Shown: positions 11,824 through 25,729 of the stretch, piece after piece
How the letters are laid out: each line of letters opens with the position of its first letter
Position numbering within the stretch: the first letter of the stretch is position 1
Source of the DNA: Yuukianura sp. NJ FZ-2021
Lineage: Eukaryota
Assembly (NCBI GenBank): GCA_046563655.1
Contig: CM102289.1
Location: forward strand, 10,044,001-10,108,000
Length of the DNA stretch: 64,000 nt
Reading direction: 5' to 3'
Made by a program: the position numbers and the translations under genes
The notes under the pieces: model-generated
Told to the model about the DNA's origin: nothing
What the model saw: the letters and a program-made list of their open reading frames with translations, nothing else
The model's database searches: none

Positions 11824-14800
11824 ACAGAGGAGCAAAAAAAAACGGAGGGGTTGGTGGAGGAATCATTGCGTAAAACGCACCGAAAGTTATAGTGCCGTTT
11901 CTACATTTCAACTTCCCGACTTCAAACTTTCCCTCTCCAGGCGACATCTACTACTTCTGAATCCAAACTCAATTTCACCCCCTTTCCTCTTTCAACTGAA
12001 GTTGAAAGTTTCAAATGTCTCTGTGAACGAAGATTCACTTTTAACATAGTTAAAATTATAAACTAATTTGAAATTGTTTCAACAATTGCTGAATTTCAAC
12101 AATTGGGAGAACTGAGGTGATTTTTCGGATAGACATTTGAGCATTATTAGTCATCGTGAAGAGAAACGGGAGCAAGTGTAACAAAAGCAAGTGGCGTTTT
12201 TGTAAGTTTGGGAGCCCTTGAACGTTTTTTTGTTGAAAAAGTAAAATGAAAAGGGTAAACTGTTCTTTTTTTGTGGGGTGTTGAGGTAGTATCAGTTTTT
12301 ACTTTTGAGTTTAGAATTGTAGTGGAGAATAATTACTGTTGTTGGGTAGCAACCAGTCTCTCAGTCTCCCTTTGTTACGATTTGGTCCAAAGGAGAAACG
12401 TTTGAAGGTGTTTAGGATTGATGAGCATTGTGTCAATTTCCTGTTGGTCCTTGGGCCCTTGAGGGCTCACTTTTAGGTGAAGGGCCATAAAACCCAAGGG
12501 TCAGAACATGCAGAGGAGAGTGTAGCAAGTGCATAGGTCAGTGGAAGATTTGAAGAAAAGCATCTCAAGATGCAGAAATGGAGAGAAGATGAAGTTGAGA
12601 GAGGGGGTGAAAGAGCGTCTCTCCCTCCCCACTCTTCTCCAGACTGCCTGGCGTCAAACTCCAACCAACAACAAATGAAATTCAATCCTCAACAGTTCTA
12701 CTTTGCCACTCCGAAATATTTCTAATCTTATTCGTAAGTTCAACATAGACAACTTTATGATTACTCTGCATTTTCATAATTTCATAACGCAAATAATAAT
12801 TCGTATTAAAAAAAGTCGAGAAAAATGAAAAGAGCAAGGACCTAGTGGGAGCTTCTACGACGCAATTGTCGCGATTTCTCAACGTTTTGCTTAACCTTTG
12901 ACCTCAGTTAGACTGTGATGCGGGGCTCCTGTTGATTTTATTGCAATTTAATCAAACGGCGCAGAATATTAAGTTTCCGAATGCAGGCATGAGTCTGTCG
13001 TAAAATAATTTTATGAAGTGCCACTTTCAATCTTCATCATGACATTCGACCTCAGCAATTTCACTACGAACAGTTAACTTTAACTGTACTTTTAGAAGGA
13101 GTCCAGTGCCAACATGTGCTTCATCACTCATCGTAAACTGTCATTCGAAAGCAATAAAACCAGAAATTAATTAGTAACTTTGGCACAAGTAGGCCATCCG
13201 AGCAGCATTTAGACAACAACAGAGCAATTACAGGGACAATGATCTCATCACAACAAATCAAACACAACTAAACAATTAACCAGTGGAAAATTATACAAAA
13301 CATTTTTACATTTGTTGTTGACACAAAAAGAGAGGAAATTTTGGTGAAAAGGAGGAAGAGTTTGGATGAACGTTTTGGCAAAGGAGGTAATCGTTTGTAT
13401 GTGATATTTAATTTAGACGAAACCACAAATTGAGTTAAGACGGAGTACAAAATAAATAACATACACAAGATTCAGGAGTTGAAGTTCAGTCACCTCCGAA
13501 AGTTTTTAATTTTTGAACATTGGTATAGATAAATAGCGCAGTTTGAGGCACAAAGGTGCGTAGTTTGTTTACCCCAACTTAATTGTGACCTCGTGCTAAA
13601 AACCACAAGCTACGTCTTTCATTTTGAGCGGGGAGTACAACGGTCAATGTCAAGTGGGGATCCGGTGTCAACTTCCTACAGTTTCTTTTTTGGAAGAAAT
13701 TACGCAGCGGGGGTTGCACAAACAAAGTTCACTTTTCAAAAAATGAATTTAGCGTCTTGGAACGAGGGTCAATGATTTACAACGTTCAAGGCAATTCCGA
13801 ATTGCGTTTAAATTAGTTTTCAAAGGGGCGCAAATTGTGCAAATTTTCTCCACCCACACAGCCAATCTTTCACGGTTTGTAAAAAGTGCTTTCACAAAGT
13901 GAACATTTGTTATGCGCAATTACTGCGATGTCCCCTCAACCGGAAAACAAATTGCTCCAAAGTCCATGTGACTCAAAGTCATGCTAGAACGCAGATTTTT
14001 AAATTTTTAATTCCTGGACCACTCACCGCAAAACATAAAAATTTGAAGCGACGGAAATATTTGCGGAAATTGATCGCGCACTTCCTTGGTTGAATCGTAA
14101 ATCATGTGGAATCTAGAAAGCAAAGTCCATCAGTTCCATTGAACCTTACAAGTCCAATGCGAAAAAAGTAAAAGCAGGAGCCTAATAGTGTGAAAAGTGT
14201 GAAAAAGTGTGGAGGAAGTAAAAGTGCGTGGAGATTCCTTTGATAATTAGGAGTGATTTGAGGTGGCTCATGAATCAAGTGACTTAATCCGTGAATCCTC
14301 GGAGTGGAGATTTATTAGTCTCTAAATCAGGTACTGTGCACGAGGATTCTAATGAAAACTTAACAAAGAAACTTTAATCTTCCCACACACAGGAGCAGTG
14401 ACAGCAGGATGCATCGCTCCTTTTCTTCAAAATCAACCCCCACATCACACAAAACTTAAATTAGTAGAGGAAGATCCTCGGAATTAAAGAAATTGATCAA
14501 CTCGGAGAAAGTTACAAAGAGAAACAAGATTTATCACTTCCGCCCTTCAACAACTTCAATCTTGGAGTAAAACTAAAACTTCATTCTCATTTCCAAAGTT
14601 TCCAAAAATGAAAACAAGAATTCATGTGTCAAACCAGTGTTGGAAAAATTTTGGAGGGTGAAAAAAATAAAAGGGGTTAACTTTTTTTTATGTTTTTGTG
14701 TCACTTTCTCCGTGGCGGTTCTCCAGAATTTATGATTTTAAAATCCAAAGTCTAAAAAGTAAAATGTAGAATTGGATTATTGTTAAAGTTCCATTCCTTT

Positions 14801-15413
14801 TCCATTAGGCTTGAAATTGAATCCAAGAAGAGAGAAGTGAATGAAGTGGAAATATTGCGCCTTTCCTCTCTTTTCTCCCGCACACGACAAACTTTCCCTC
14901 TCAAAATTTGAAGTTTTTGGGGGGTAGAAGGGGTGAATTGAAAGTGGAGTTGAAAATGTACCAAATAATCCTCCACTTCCTTCCCGACCATCTTTTTAAA
15001 CAATTACGAACTGACGTTTTCCGTAATTTAGTGACACTGGGACACTGCCTCTCTCTTTTTAACTTCAATTGTACTAAATTTTCAATTAAAATCAGTGAAC
15101 CATTGAGAGGGTGAACCTTTACCTTAGAGCTTTTTGACATGTTTATGATCTATTTTCCAGTTTTTCATGAAATACGACAAAAGAAACAAAAGTACTTTTG
15201 GTTTGTTTCTCTTTCAGTTCCGTTTTTAAACTGCTTTTAAACAATTTTTAAACAAAAAAGAAAAGAATCGCAGGGTGACACGTTTCATCGCCATGTCCTT
15301 TCAAACGATAAAATTTATAATCGATTCTGAACAATTATCGCTATCAATTGAAAAATCCAAAGACTAACAAATTGTTGAAAAACTAAAAACTAACTAAAAC
15401 TAACCCTTTGCTT

Positions 15414-17028
15414 TCACTGTAACTTATTTTTGGGGAGACGTGAGTCTTGAATTGGATTTTTGTCGACTGTGACGACTGAAGAGTTGGTGGGGATGGGTGG
15501 ATTATGTTGCTGTTGTGCAAATCCCAAATCATGAAGTGACTTTCTGTCAGTCACAAATTTAATTTGGTTCAGTTCTTGGTGGATTGATTGCTGCGGAGAA
15601 ATGTTCTCATCACTTTCTTCTTTTTCTGGTTTAACTTGAGATTTGCATTTAAGTTTATTCCAACAGTGGCGTCTAAATCGAACTAAACTTCTCTGTCCAT
15701 GCGCGGATTGCAACTGGAATGTCAGTTCGCGTGTCTTGTGGTTTCCATTGATCATCAGAAGCAGATTGAACAAACCGACGATCAGGGGAAACACAATCCA
15801 GTCTCTCTGGATACTTTTCACCTCAAGAGAGAGTACATTCTTGCACGACTGGAAATTAAAAATTTAAAACTTACAATTTAAAATTTAGCAAAGTTTGACA
15901 AAAATGTTAAGCCGAGCTTACTTTTTGATAGAGGAGATGGTGAATGGAACTGATGTTTTTGGTCGATGTGGAATTGTGAGGTCTGGCATTCCAAGATTTT
16001 AATTTTCGGTGACATTCTTCTAGGGAGTTTTTGCGACAACAGGAAAGCGGAACTCTGCCGTCGCACACTTCAGCCCAATCGGTGGCACCGTTGAAACCAC
16101 AACAGCGCAACTTTGAGACGAACGAAGGAAACTTTTTAAAAAAGTAAAACTTAGAAGTAAGAATGTGAAAAAGTTACTCCAGCTTCCAAGCGTGACCAGA
16201 GTCGTGGATGTGGAGCAGTGGCGTTGTGTTGGTGGTTCCAGAGAATGTTGTAGTATTCGTAATTTCCATCGCAGAAGATCATGGCCTCACTTTCGAACAT
16301 TCTTGCGTAAGAGTTCATGTTGAGATGTCGCCAACTCCCAAGGGAAAACCCAATTGCCACGAAATCAAACAACACAATCATCCACAGGAAGTGGGGATAC
16401 TATTTTCAAAAATTCAAAATTCAATACCAAAATCTTAAAATTTAAAACTTACTAGGAAAATGAAAAACTTACAAGACGGTAGAAGAAGTTGGTGTTAGAA
16501 AGCAAGGAAGCGAGTAGTCCACACCCTGCGATGAATGTGAGTAGGGCAGACACAAATGCAAAGACGGCGGGAGAGTTTGGATGTGATCCGGAAGCCTCCA
16601 TGTACACTTCAATGATGGAATTTGCAAAGTACAAAACTGTACTCATCGCAAGGCTAATCACACCAACCAACTGAAAAACAAAAGGAAATTAGAAAGTGAA
16701 AGTGTAAGCGATGTTGTGTTGATGTTACAATGTGGATGACTCCCGTGACGAACAAGTTGGTGGGAATTGCAAATTGTGCCTCATCGTCTACGATGTCAAC
16801 ATTTGACGGGTCGTCATGCGTCACTTCTGCCAGAGACACGCTAATTTCTGCGTGTCGAGTGGAGTGAGATGGGCTTAATCCTTTGCGATATCGGAGAGCT
16901 TTCTTCTTTTGCCGGGTATTTTCCGGATCACCGTCGACTGAACCATGTTCAGACGAATCGTCAACTGTCTCCCGTACACCCGAAAAGCCTTCGTTCACAT
17001 GCACAACTTCTATTCCATCCGGCATCAT
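15414..17028 (-). CDS. Divergent tetraspanin with long N- and C-terminal tails (about 5 exons)
   Basis: Four hydrophobic segments across exons; large extracellular loop with CCG (LRCCGFNGATDW), PLSCC and a later Cys (SCKNVL) before TM4. Confidence 0.8.
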
Positions 17029-17888
17029 TCTCACAATTTATTCACAAAAGAAATCAGAAAAATTCCAGTTTACTTCAAATGCAAATGTTGAAACAAAACT
17101 GAAGTTTTAAGCAAAATTTGGAAAATGAATTGATCCAAATTCATTCTTTGTCGTTATGGCAATTTGAATTTAAAAAAAAACGGACTTCTCAGAAGATGAA
17201 AATTTTTCAATTTTTATCTTTTTGTTGAAAGTGTATTAGAAATTAAGATTTTTTTTCGGGAGACGTGTAGTAAGTATTTGGTGGGAAATCAGGAAAATAC
17301 GCAGACTGAAGGAAAATTTTATTTTGTTGTTAAGGAAGAAGTATTTTTGATCTACCTTGCTTTCTCTTTATAAAATTGGCAAAATCAGAAGTGGGAAGCT
17401 CATTAAATGTGGTTTAGTTTTAAGCAACTGGGGTGTCTAAAATAGACTTGTTGAATCTTTTTTGAAAAGAGGATTTGGCGAAAAGTGCACCAACTGTGAG
17501 TCGTGCATCACTTGTGCTGTCTCTAAATTTTTGCAAATGTTGAATCTAAAAGTGACATGACTCCCAGTCCACCCACTACACTTCTACTCGGGTGACTTCC
17601 TGCTACCCGCCAACTGTGTTACTATGCCTCTTTAGTCTTTTAGTCTCTCTGTATCCACTGATATCCGATATCCTTAAATGGCGACGAAGGCTATTTATAA
17701 GTTCTACTTTCCAAAAAAATATCTCCCAAAAGTTGGTTCAAAAACTATGCAACCTCCCACTGTGCTAGAAATAAAAAGATTCTAAGAAAGTGTTTCCACT
17801 TTCCAAAACTTTAGTTTGATTTTTGATTCGTAGTCTGGCAGTGGTCGTTGTAGCTTCTTCTCTCCCTTAGTCACTGTCAAGCGACACA

Positions 17889-18789
17889 ATGAGTGGACCT
17901 GTCGTCAAAGCATCTGGAACTGGACTCACCAGTGGATTCGCAGGTACCAAAGTCTTTCTTTTTTAAATTTTAAGTAGTTTGCAAATTTTGAACAATTTTT
18001 GACCAAGGAATTCTTGAGTAGAAAAGTTGGAGAAAACTGATCTGTGTTTTCCATTTTTTAGAGGCGCCCAACAAGTTCACCATTCACAGCCAGGGCTTAA
18101 ATGTGAGCAAATTGGCACTCGCCTTCGATGGTAAAAATCAACAGTTAAAAACTTGTGGCGATTGTTGTGGGAATTTAGTAAGAGTTTTAAAGTTTAGGTC
18201 CAAGCAAACCAGACTGCAAAATGACGACGCAGAAGGACGGGAGTGTGGACGTGGTGTACACAACGCCACTGGCCGGAGACTACAAAATCCACATTAAATT
18301 TGAAGAGGCCAATATCCAGGGCAGTCCATTTGTGGCCAAGATTTTGGGTGACGTGCAAAAGGCAGTTCAGAAGGTCAAGGTCACCGGACCAGCACTCAAG
18401 ACCGGAAAACTCAACGCCATCAACGAAATCATCGTCGATGCAAGAGAAGCTGGAATCACCAGTACAAACTTTCACTTTGTACTTTTGAAAATATTTGTAA
18501 AGTTTCATAATTTTAATTTTGAATTAGGCGGTCTGCAAGTAGCGATGGAGGGGCCAAGCAAGCCAGAAATTAGTTTCAAAGCTGCAGAGGACGGAACAAC
18601 CAAAGTTCAATACAAGCCATCAACCGCTGGGGCATACAAACTGAGTAAGTTAAAACTATTTCACCAAAATCATAAAAAATTGTGGCCAGTTTCCAAAAAC
18701 TCAAAAATAAAATTTTGGTTTTTAAAATAGATCTCAAGTTTAACAATTTCCCACTTCCTGGCTCACCCTACAACATCAAAGTAGCCTGA
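17889..18789 (+). CDS. Small protein made of two filamin (Ig-like) repeats, ~190 aa, 5 exons
   Basis: MSGPVVKASGTGLTSGFAG..FTIHSQG..FDGPSKPDCKMTTQKDGSVDVVYTTPLAGDYKIHIKF..IQGSPF; second repeat VKVTGPALKTG..MEGPSKPEI..DGTTKVQYKPSTAGAYKL..LPGSPYNIKVA; TATA-like CTATTTATAA at ~17691. Confidence 0.85.
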
Positions 18790-19644
18790 ACACTTCCATT
18801 AACTTCTGCTCTCTACTTGTCTCGTCTGCTCCATTGTCTTCAACTGTTGTAAGTTTGACCTTCCATGACCTCTGCTTTTAGATCAATTACTATGATAACT
18901 TGTTTTTTTAGACTCTATGTTTTTGGATACCGATTTGACACACTGCCAAGGAGGGAAGAGACTGCTAATCTGCCGTGGTCTCCATGATTCCATCATTTCC
19001 CAAAATACTTTTCAAAATCTACACTCAAAATTCTCTCTTTCTCTTTCTTTTCACTTGGACTTTTAATGTTTGAATAAAAGAGAAACCTCTTGGCTGCTGC
19101 AACAGGCAAAGGGGCAAAAACAAAAGTTGATCGGAGCTACTTGTACTCAAAGTCATGTTGGATTTTGATTTTGAACAGCCCTTGAATTAGAAAGTGACAT
19201 TGATTCTTGCATAAGAGGGGAGCAGTGTGGGCAGATGGTGTTTTTTTGGATTGAAAAAACAAGCAATTAGATGGAACTTGACATTGGTGGACACTTGACA
19301 AGTGACTTGACATGACGAGATGACACTACACATTACTTCCACCCACTGATCATATTGTAATAGACGGAAATTAGAAGTATACTTGTTCAAAACACTACAA
19401 ATTAACAACAACTGTTGCTTTTCTCCCCACTTTCACTAACCTAACTAACTTTCTCAAAGCAGAATAAAAAAAGTGAGGCTGAGGCTGACCAATCCAAAGA
19501 CTCAGTCGAAATGAACAAGTCTTCAAGTGATACTTGGCATCAAGTACTCTTTTATAGAAACAAATTAATTATAGGTTAGGCTAATTATAACGTTCCGCCT
19601 GTTCTGAGGAACTTTCTCCGTTTTTTCACTCAAAATGTTTGATT

Positions 19645-20650
19645 TTGGGGGTTTGGAGTTGGGATGGTCCCCATATGCATTTTTTTCCATTGCCACCCAC
19701 TCCCTCCCCCACCATCCAACTCCAAAAGAGTAAAATCTTCCTTCGTTCTACTCCTTCCGTCTTCATATAAAAGGGAAGCTCAACAAATTCTTCTCATTCA
19801 CTTTTTGGTCTCGTTCGAAAGATGAAGGAAGAGGAGACACAGTTTCCTTATGCAAACAAACAGAATCTGCCTCTTCTTCAGTTATTTTTAATTTTCATCT
19901 CCAATTAACTTTTATTTTAGTTAATTGATCCATTGAATTCAAATGGTTCATCAGTGAATAGATGCATAACATGTCAAAACATTGTGTTTTGAATTTGTGA
20001 AGAGATGTTGGGGGGTTTGGAGTTGGGATGGTCCCCACATGCATTTGTGCCATTGCCACCTCACGCTATTCACCTCCCCCAACTCCAAAAGAGTAAAATC
20101 TAAGGGAATCCTACTCCTTCTCTCTTCGTATAAAAGGGAAGCTCACCAAGTTTTTCCTCTTCACACAATCCAATGGAGCTTCCGCCGTTCTCGTCTGCTG
20201 TGACCTTTGACCCTTCACTCTTGTTTTTCTTATGACTAAATCTTTGACCCAGAAGGTCAAGGTCATGGCATTTATGCAATTCTCATAGTCACTCCGTCAT
20301 GCACACTTTTGGTGGTATTTTGGTTCATTTGTTGGTTTTTGTGTAGTGATTGAGATGATTTTGGTTTCTCCTCCTTTTTATATGAAAGCAAAAGGAGTAT
20401 GATGCTGCTCGTCTGGGTCTATTTATAACATTTCCCATTCCGAGTGCGGACCTAGTCGGCTCACAAGAATTCCGCCACAATTTTGGCTGCTTGAAGTCAT
20501 TTTGTCTCAAGTCCAAATCACCTTGAAGGCTAATTCTCAGAAAAAAACAGAAACTGCAGAATGGGTATCTCAGCATTAGAACCAGTGCAACTTGGACTTG
20601 AGACAAAATTGCGGGAACTCGCTTCCAAAATTCAAAAGTTAAAATCAAAA
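19645..20650 (+). repeat. ~1-kb dispersed repeat, copy 1 (copy 2 at 53798-54802)
   Basis: Near-identical sequence to 53798-54802 (e.g. spurious ORFs 19982-20203 and 54134-54355 translate almost identically); contains internal duplicated subunits and GC-rich hairpins. Confidence 0.95.
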
Positions 20651-20772
20651 TTATTCAGAACTCAACTTCTTAAATTATTCAGTTTTGTTAAATTAGGCTG
20701 ATTGATTAATTTTAACTAATTAATTAGGATTCCATTAACATCTCCTTCTGCGTTAACGGTGGTGACCCAGCG

Positions 20773-22203
20773 ATGACCCCGGAACTCCGACAACCCGAGA
20801 AAACCGGCAATGTGAAATTGAACACCACAATCGCTATAATTGGGAGCGGAATTGCCGGCTTATCGACTGGACTTGCCCTGCACAACGCTGGATTTACTCA
20901 AGTAAGGATTTACGAACGAGACGATTGTTTTGACCGGAGACGACAAGGGTATGGACTCACAATGCTGCAAGGAAATACTGCACTCAGAAGACTCGGAGTC
21001 TATGACAAGGTCAAGCAGATTGACACTCCCTCCAGATCTCACTACATCTTCGACTGTCATGGCAACATTGTCGGATTCTTCGGAACCAAATTCTGGCCAA
21101 CACCAACCTCTGACAAGAAGGCCAAGTACAACCTCCATGTCAGCAGACAGAATCTACGCAAAATACTCTATGACGAATTGACACAAAAAGCACCAGGAAT
21201 CGTTCAGTGGAACAAGAAGTTGGATTCCATTCGTCAACTACTTCCAGAAGAGCCTAATAACGGTGAGGATTCGTGGGAACTTTCCTTTTCGGATGGACAT
21301 TTTACTAAGGTGGAGTTGGTAATTGGTTGTGATGGGATTAACAGTTTCGTCCGACGTCAAGCCTATCCGGAAGAGGACAATCCACTGAAGTATTTGGGAA
21401 TCCTACTAGTGCTTGGTAATTAAAACATAATCAATTTACTAAAGTAATTGTAAATTAAAAGTAATTCTAATTTGTTTCTAACTGGCCAAGGTATCACCAG
21501 GACTGACCACTACCTAAGTCAAGAACGAGTGTTTCAAACTGTGGATGGAAACACAAGACTGTTTGCGATGCCATTCTACGGAGATGAAAACAGTCCTCAT
21601 GAAAATATGATGTGGCAACTGTCATTCCCAGTGGAGGAACAAGAAGCGAAACAATTAGCTGCCAACTTGGATCAACTAAAAAGAAGAGTTTTAGAAATGT
21701 GTGGAAATTGGCACGATCCGATTCCATCCCTCATCCAGTCAACTAATTTGTCACTGCTCATGGGTATCCCTGCCTACGACAGAGACCCTCAACCGCCATG
21801 TCAAAGTTGGAAGTCATTGGTGTTGCTTGGAGATGCTGCTCATCCAATGTCTCCCTTCAAAGGTCAAGGAGCAAATCAAGCCTTACTGGACGGAGTCTAC
21901 TTTACAGATTGTTTAAGTCGTGGAGTGAGCATAGATTCCGCTATTCGTACCTTTGAAACTGAAATGTGGAACAGAGTTCGTCGGAAGGTGTTGGATTCCA
22001 GAGAAAGAGCAACAACTTTCCATCACCCGGGCATCCTCGGAGGTGACTTTTTCCTTTACCGGGGAATTGGACAAGAATTCCTCCAAAAATTAAAAGAAAA
22101 AGGAGTCAACAGCAGCAGTGGAGAAGCAATCGATGATCTAATTATTTCAGAACTCAAAGGCCTAAATCTCAACGGTTACGGCAACTCAACTGCTCAAAGA
22201 TGA
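20773..22203 (+). CDS. FAD-dependent monooxygenase (class A flavoprotein aromatic hydroxylase family); 2 exons 20773-21415, 21491-22203
   Basis: IIGSGIAG Rossmann motif, IGCDG, LLGDAAHPMSPFKGQGANQALLDG; single phase-1 intron. Confidence 0.92.
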
Positions 22204-25200
22204 CAATTCTTTTTTTTGATTAAGTCAACGTTATTTGTGTAAAAGCGTAAAAATGTAAATAAAGATTTCTGTTCAGTTAATTTGTAAAATACAAGTTTTT
22301 AAGGTCCATTTTTTCCTATTTGTGATGTGTAGTACTTTCACTTTCGTCTGGAGAATAAGATTACTGAAATTCTTAAAGTGAAAGTGGATGTCCAGTTTTT
22401 TTTGAAATCTCGTTTGGTGAAACATGTTTTGCTGACACTTGAAAGGAAATTGAGATTAAGTTTAGTCTGGAGATGCTTTCTTTTGAGGAACCTTGACTTT
22501 CACTTTGAGAAAACCAAATCATGTTGCTTTTCCATTCGTTTGGCTAAATTCAATTTGTCCATCCCAACATCAATCTTTTTTTTTTCACTTGCATCCTCCT
22601 TAAGTTGAAAAATTGAAGGTTGCGGGTGGTAAATCATGTTTTGATTGGACGGAAATCAAACTGTCCATCTCTGGACCAAGCTTTCATCGTCACCTGTCAC
22701 AAGCAGCACTGGAATCTCTTGGACAACCTCCGCCGGAACTCCCATCCACTTTCACAAATCCATTTTTCTAGTTCTTCAACTTTTTCCTCAACATGTTGGA
22801 AAGAGAAAGAGATGTGTAGGAGAGGAAAAGCGATGTAAAATGTAAAATCGGAAGTCGTTGGAGCTTGTAGCTTGAAAGTGAAAGTGTTGTAGTTTTGTCT
22901 TTTGTGTGAGATAGGAGGAATTAAGCGTAATTAAGATAATCACTCACTCAGGGTGACAAGGACCAGAAATTCCTGCTCAATTGGAGGCACTCAAGCGAAG
23001 GCTTCTGTTTTAGCACAAACCAAATTCATCACGCGCCTCTCAACAAAACCCATTTCAGTAATTAACAAAATTACGCAACATTTAACCCCCTTTTGTAAGC
23101 CACTTTCAAAAGAGAAAGTGTGAGGGAGAAAGTTCTCTCAAAAGCTTCTTTTTTAGAAACAAAAGCTTGTTCATCTTTTCATGAGCATCTTGTGAGAGTG
23201 ACAGGGGAAAATATTTAATTGAAAATAGTTCCGCTCCTTGATTACAAAATGGAGACTCATCTCCCCAATCAACCAAAAGCTTAACACAATAAAACTTTAT
23301 GGGCAGAGTGTAAAAATAGTAGTTAGCCATTTGGACCTTACGCTAACGTTTGGCTTTTCTCCCGGAAAAAAGTAAAGTGACAGGAGTAGATGTCATCATA
23401 AATATTTTAGGAAAGTTTTCTCTCGGAGGGAAAGTTTAATTAAGCCATTTTTATGTGGGAACATAATAATTTCCAGGAGGATTTTATCCGGAAAACAACA
23501 GTTCAAAATAATCGGATTGAATTATTTTTTTATGTTATGGCTTAAACTGGAGGAAAAAACCATTCCCAACTTTTATCTTCCCTAATCCAATACCAAACAA
23601 CATTTCACGTTCTTAAATGCTTTTTAGAAAAAAAAAAGTTATAGATCTTCAAAAAGTTTGACAGAGACTGCACACTTCCAAATTCCAATTTAAAGTTCAC
23701 CAGTCCCCACCATGTTTAAATTCTAAACGAAAGTATTTTTGTTTTCATGAACCTGCAGTCACAAAAACCGTATTTTTTGAAATCCTATTTTGAAAGCTCA
23801 TTTTAATGAAATCCGTTAGGATTTCATTTGTTTTTTTATTTGGTGCACTTGTGCTGCTTGATATAAAAATAAAATGGGTTTACGTAGGAAGTAAAAAGTG
23901 GAATGGTGAAAGTGATGGTGATTTTGAGTGTTGTTTTGCATTGAGGCGGGTGTCTGTGGATATTATTAAAAATTTGTTTTTATGTGAATCTCTCTTTGCG
24001 TAAGTGGCATAATGATGATCCCTCGGTTGGAGCCTGAACAAGCTAATTTAAATTTATTAGCTCACTTTCACTTCTTCTGTCAACACAACTTTCACTTTCA
24101 AACACTCCCTCCTCACCCCTTTTCAAAAAAGAGAAAAGTGGTGTGTAAATCAATTTGTGCAAGACAGCTTATGGCCCATTTTAAACTTTTACAGCTAACT
24201 CCGCCTTTAATTTCAATCGCAAATCCACCATTTTTAAAAAAACGTTTCAATAGATTATCATCACGGGGATTCCGTTTTTATGCTTTCAAATAACAGAATT
24301 ATTTCGCGCAGGGGTGTGAATCTTAATTGTAGTTTTCAAAGTTATGTTTTTCAATACTACTTCTTTTTCGCAACTTTTGAGAAAAATTTGAACGAAAGTT
24401 TGGCTAAAATTTCCCTTTAAGTTTTGAACCTTGTGGTATGGAAAAGAACGTGAGACGCCAAAGTTTTTGTTTCTGATTGCGGTAAGTTATGGTGAAAGAT
24501 TGTAAATTTCTTTTTGAAATACGAGGCAAGTCATTGAGGTGTTGTAAATCAAAAATGACAAAGTACACAGTGCTCCACTTATCTTTCAAAAACCAACTTT
24601 TTAAAAGAAACGGGGGATACAAAATTTACTGAGATTGTATATGCCATTGTTAAAAAGTGAATTTGTGGAATGTCGTGTCCATGCATTGTGAGCTGCTTGA
24701 TTATGCAGAGAAAGTGTGGCCTACCAATAAATATTCTGCTGGAATATTTATGTTAGAAAGGGAAAGTAGCTTTCTCTGCTCCCATTTGAAATCGGAATGT
24801 AATGGGCTGCAGTTGGGGCAAAAGTGACTCTGAATAAATTCCAGATTTTAGATTTTAGAATTTAGATTTTGTTCAAATGGACTCTGCACAGTTTACGTCC
24901 TTCGAGGAGGAAATCAACCGCACTTTCACATAAATTCTCCCAGTTAGACACTCTGGGTTTGAATAGAGGCGGACTTTTGAAATGTGAAAGTCCGTTTTGT
25001 AGAAAATATCTTTTCACCCTATTTTTTGATATCAAAAGACAAGTGGTCATATTTCTTATTTTTTGTGTTGAATGGTAAAGCACTTTGGCATAAACTGATT
25101 CATAAAAGAAAAAGAATAGCAACTTTTACCGCATAATAATCTGGTGGAAAAAATGGACCTTCAAGACCAGCCATACGCACTTACTTTTTTACCCTCTTTT

Positions 25201-25729
25201 TTTTTTAGCTTTCACCCTCTCAATACTTTCCCATCTTCATCAATTTCCGCTTTTCATTAGTTTTACATCCTTTGATGTAAATTTTGAATGTATTTACTAA
25301 AAATTCAGGTGTTGTAGGACTCGAAAGTTCTACTACAACTTCACCTTCTCTTTAACGTGAGAAAGTCAGAGATGGCGATAAGAAAAGAAAAGCGGAAATC
25401 AGAAAATTTTGCAAAAACTTACAGATGTCGGGTTTTGGCACATTCCTGGCAGATATCCACGTCAGTGGGGGAACTTTGTAGTTTGTCCACTGCGAGTACA
25501 TCGGTCGTCCTTCCTTGTACAATGAGAGACTCGTCAAGCAGAAACTGACTTTGCAAAAAGTTGAAGTCAGTGATAGCGATAGGAAAGGAAAAGCGAAAAG
25601 TAAAAAGAAATTGGCAAAACTTACCGACGTCGGGTCTTGAAGTCTTCGCAAGTATCGACATCACGGTGAGGGCACTTGAACTTTTCAGTTTTTGAACCAA
25701 ATAAGTATAACAACACGATGTTAGTTCTT

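Noticed and set aside
11043..12049. Long overlapping ORFs (276, 134, 164 aa)
   Set aside because: Translations of microsatellite and tandem repeats inside the HINE-like element; no domain features
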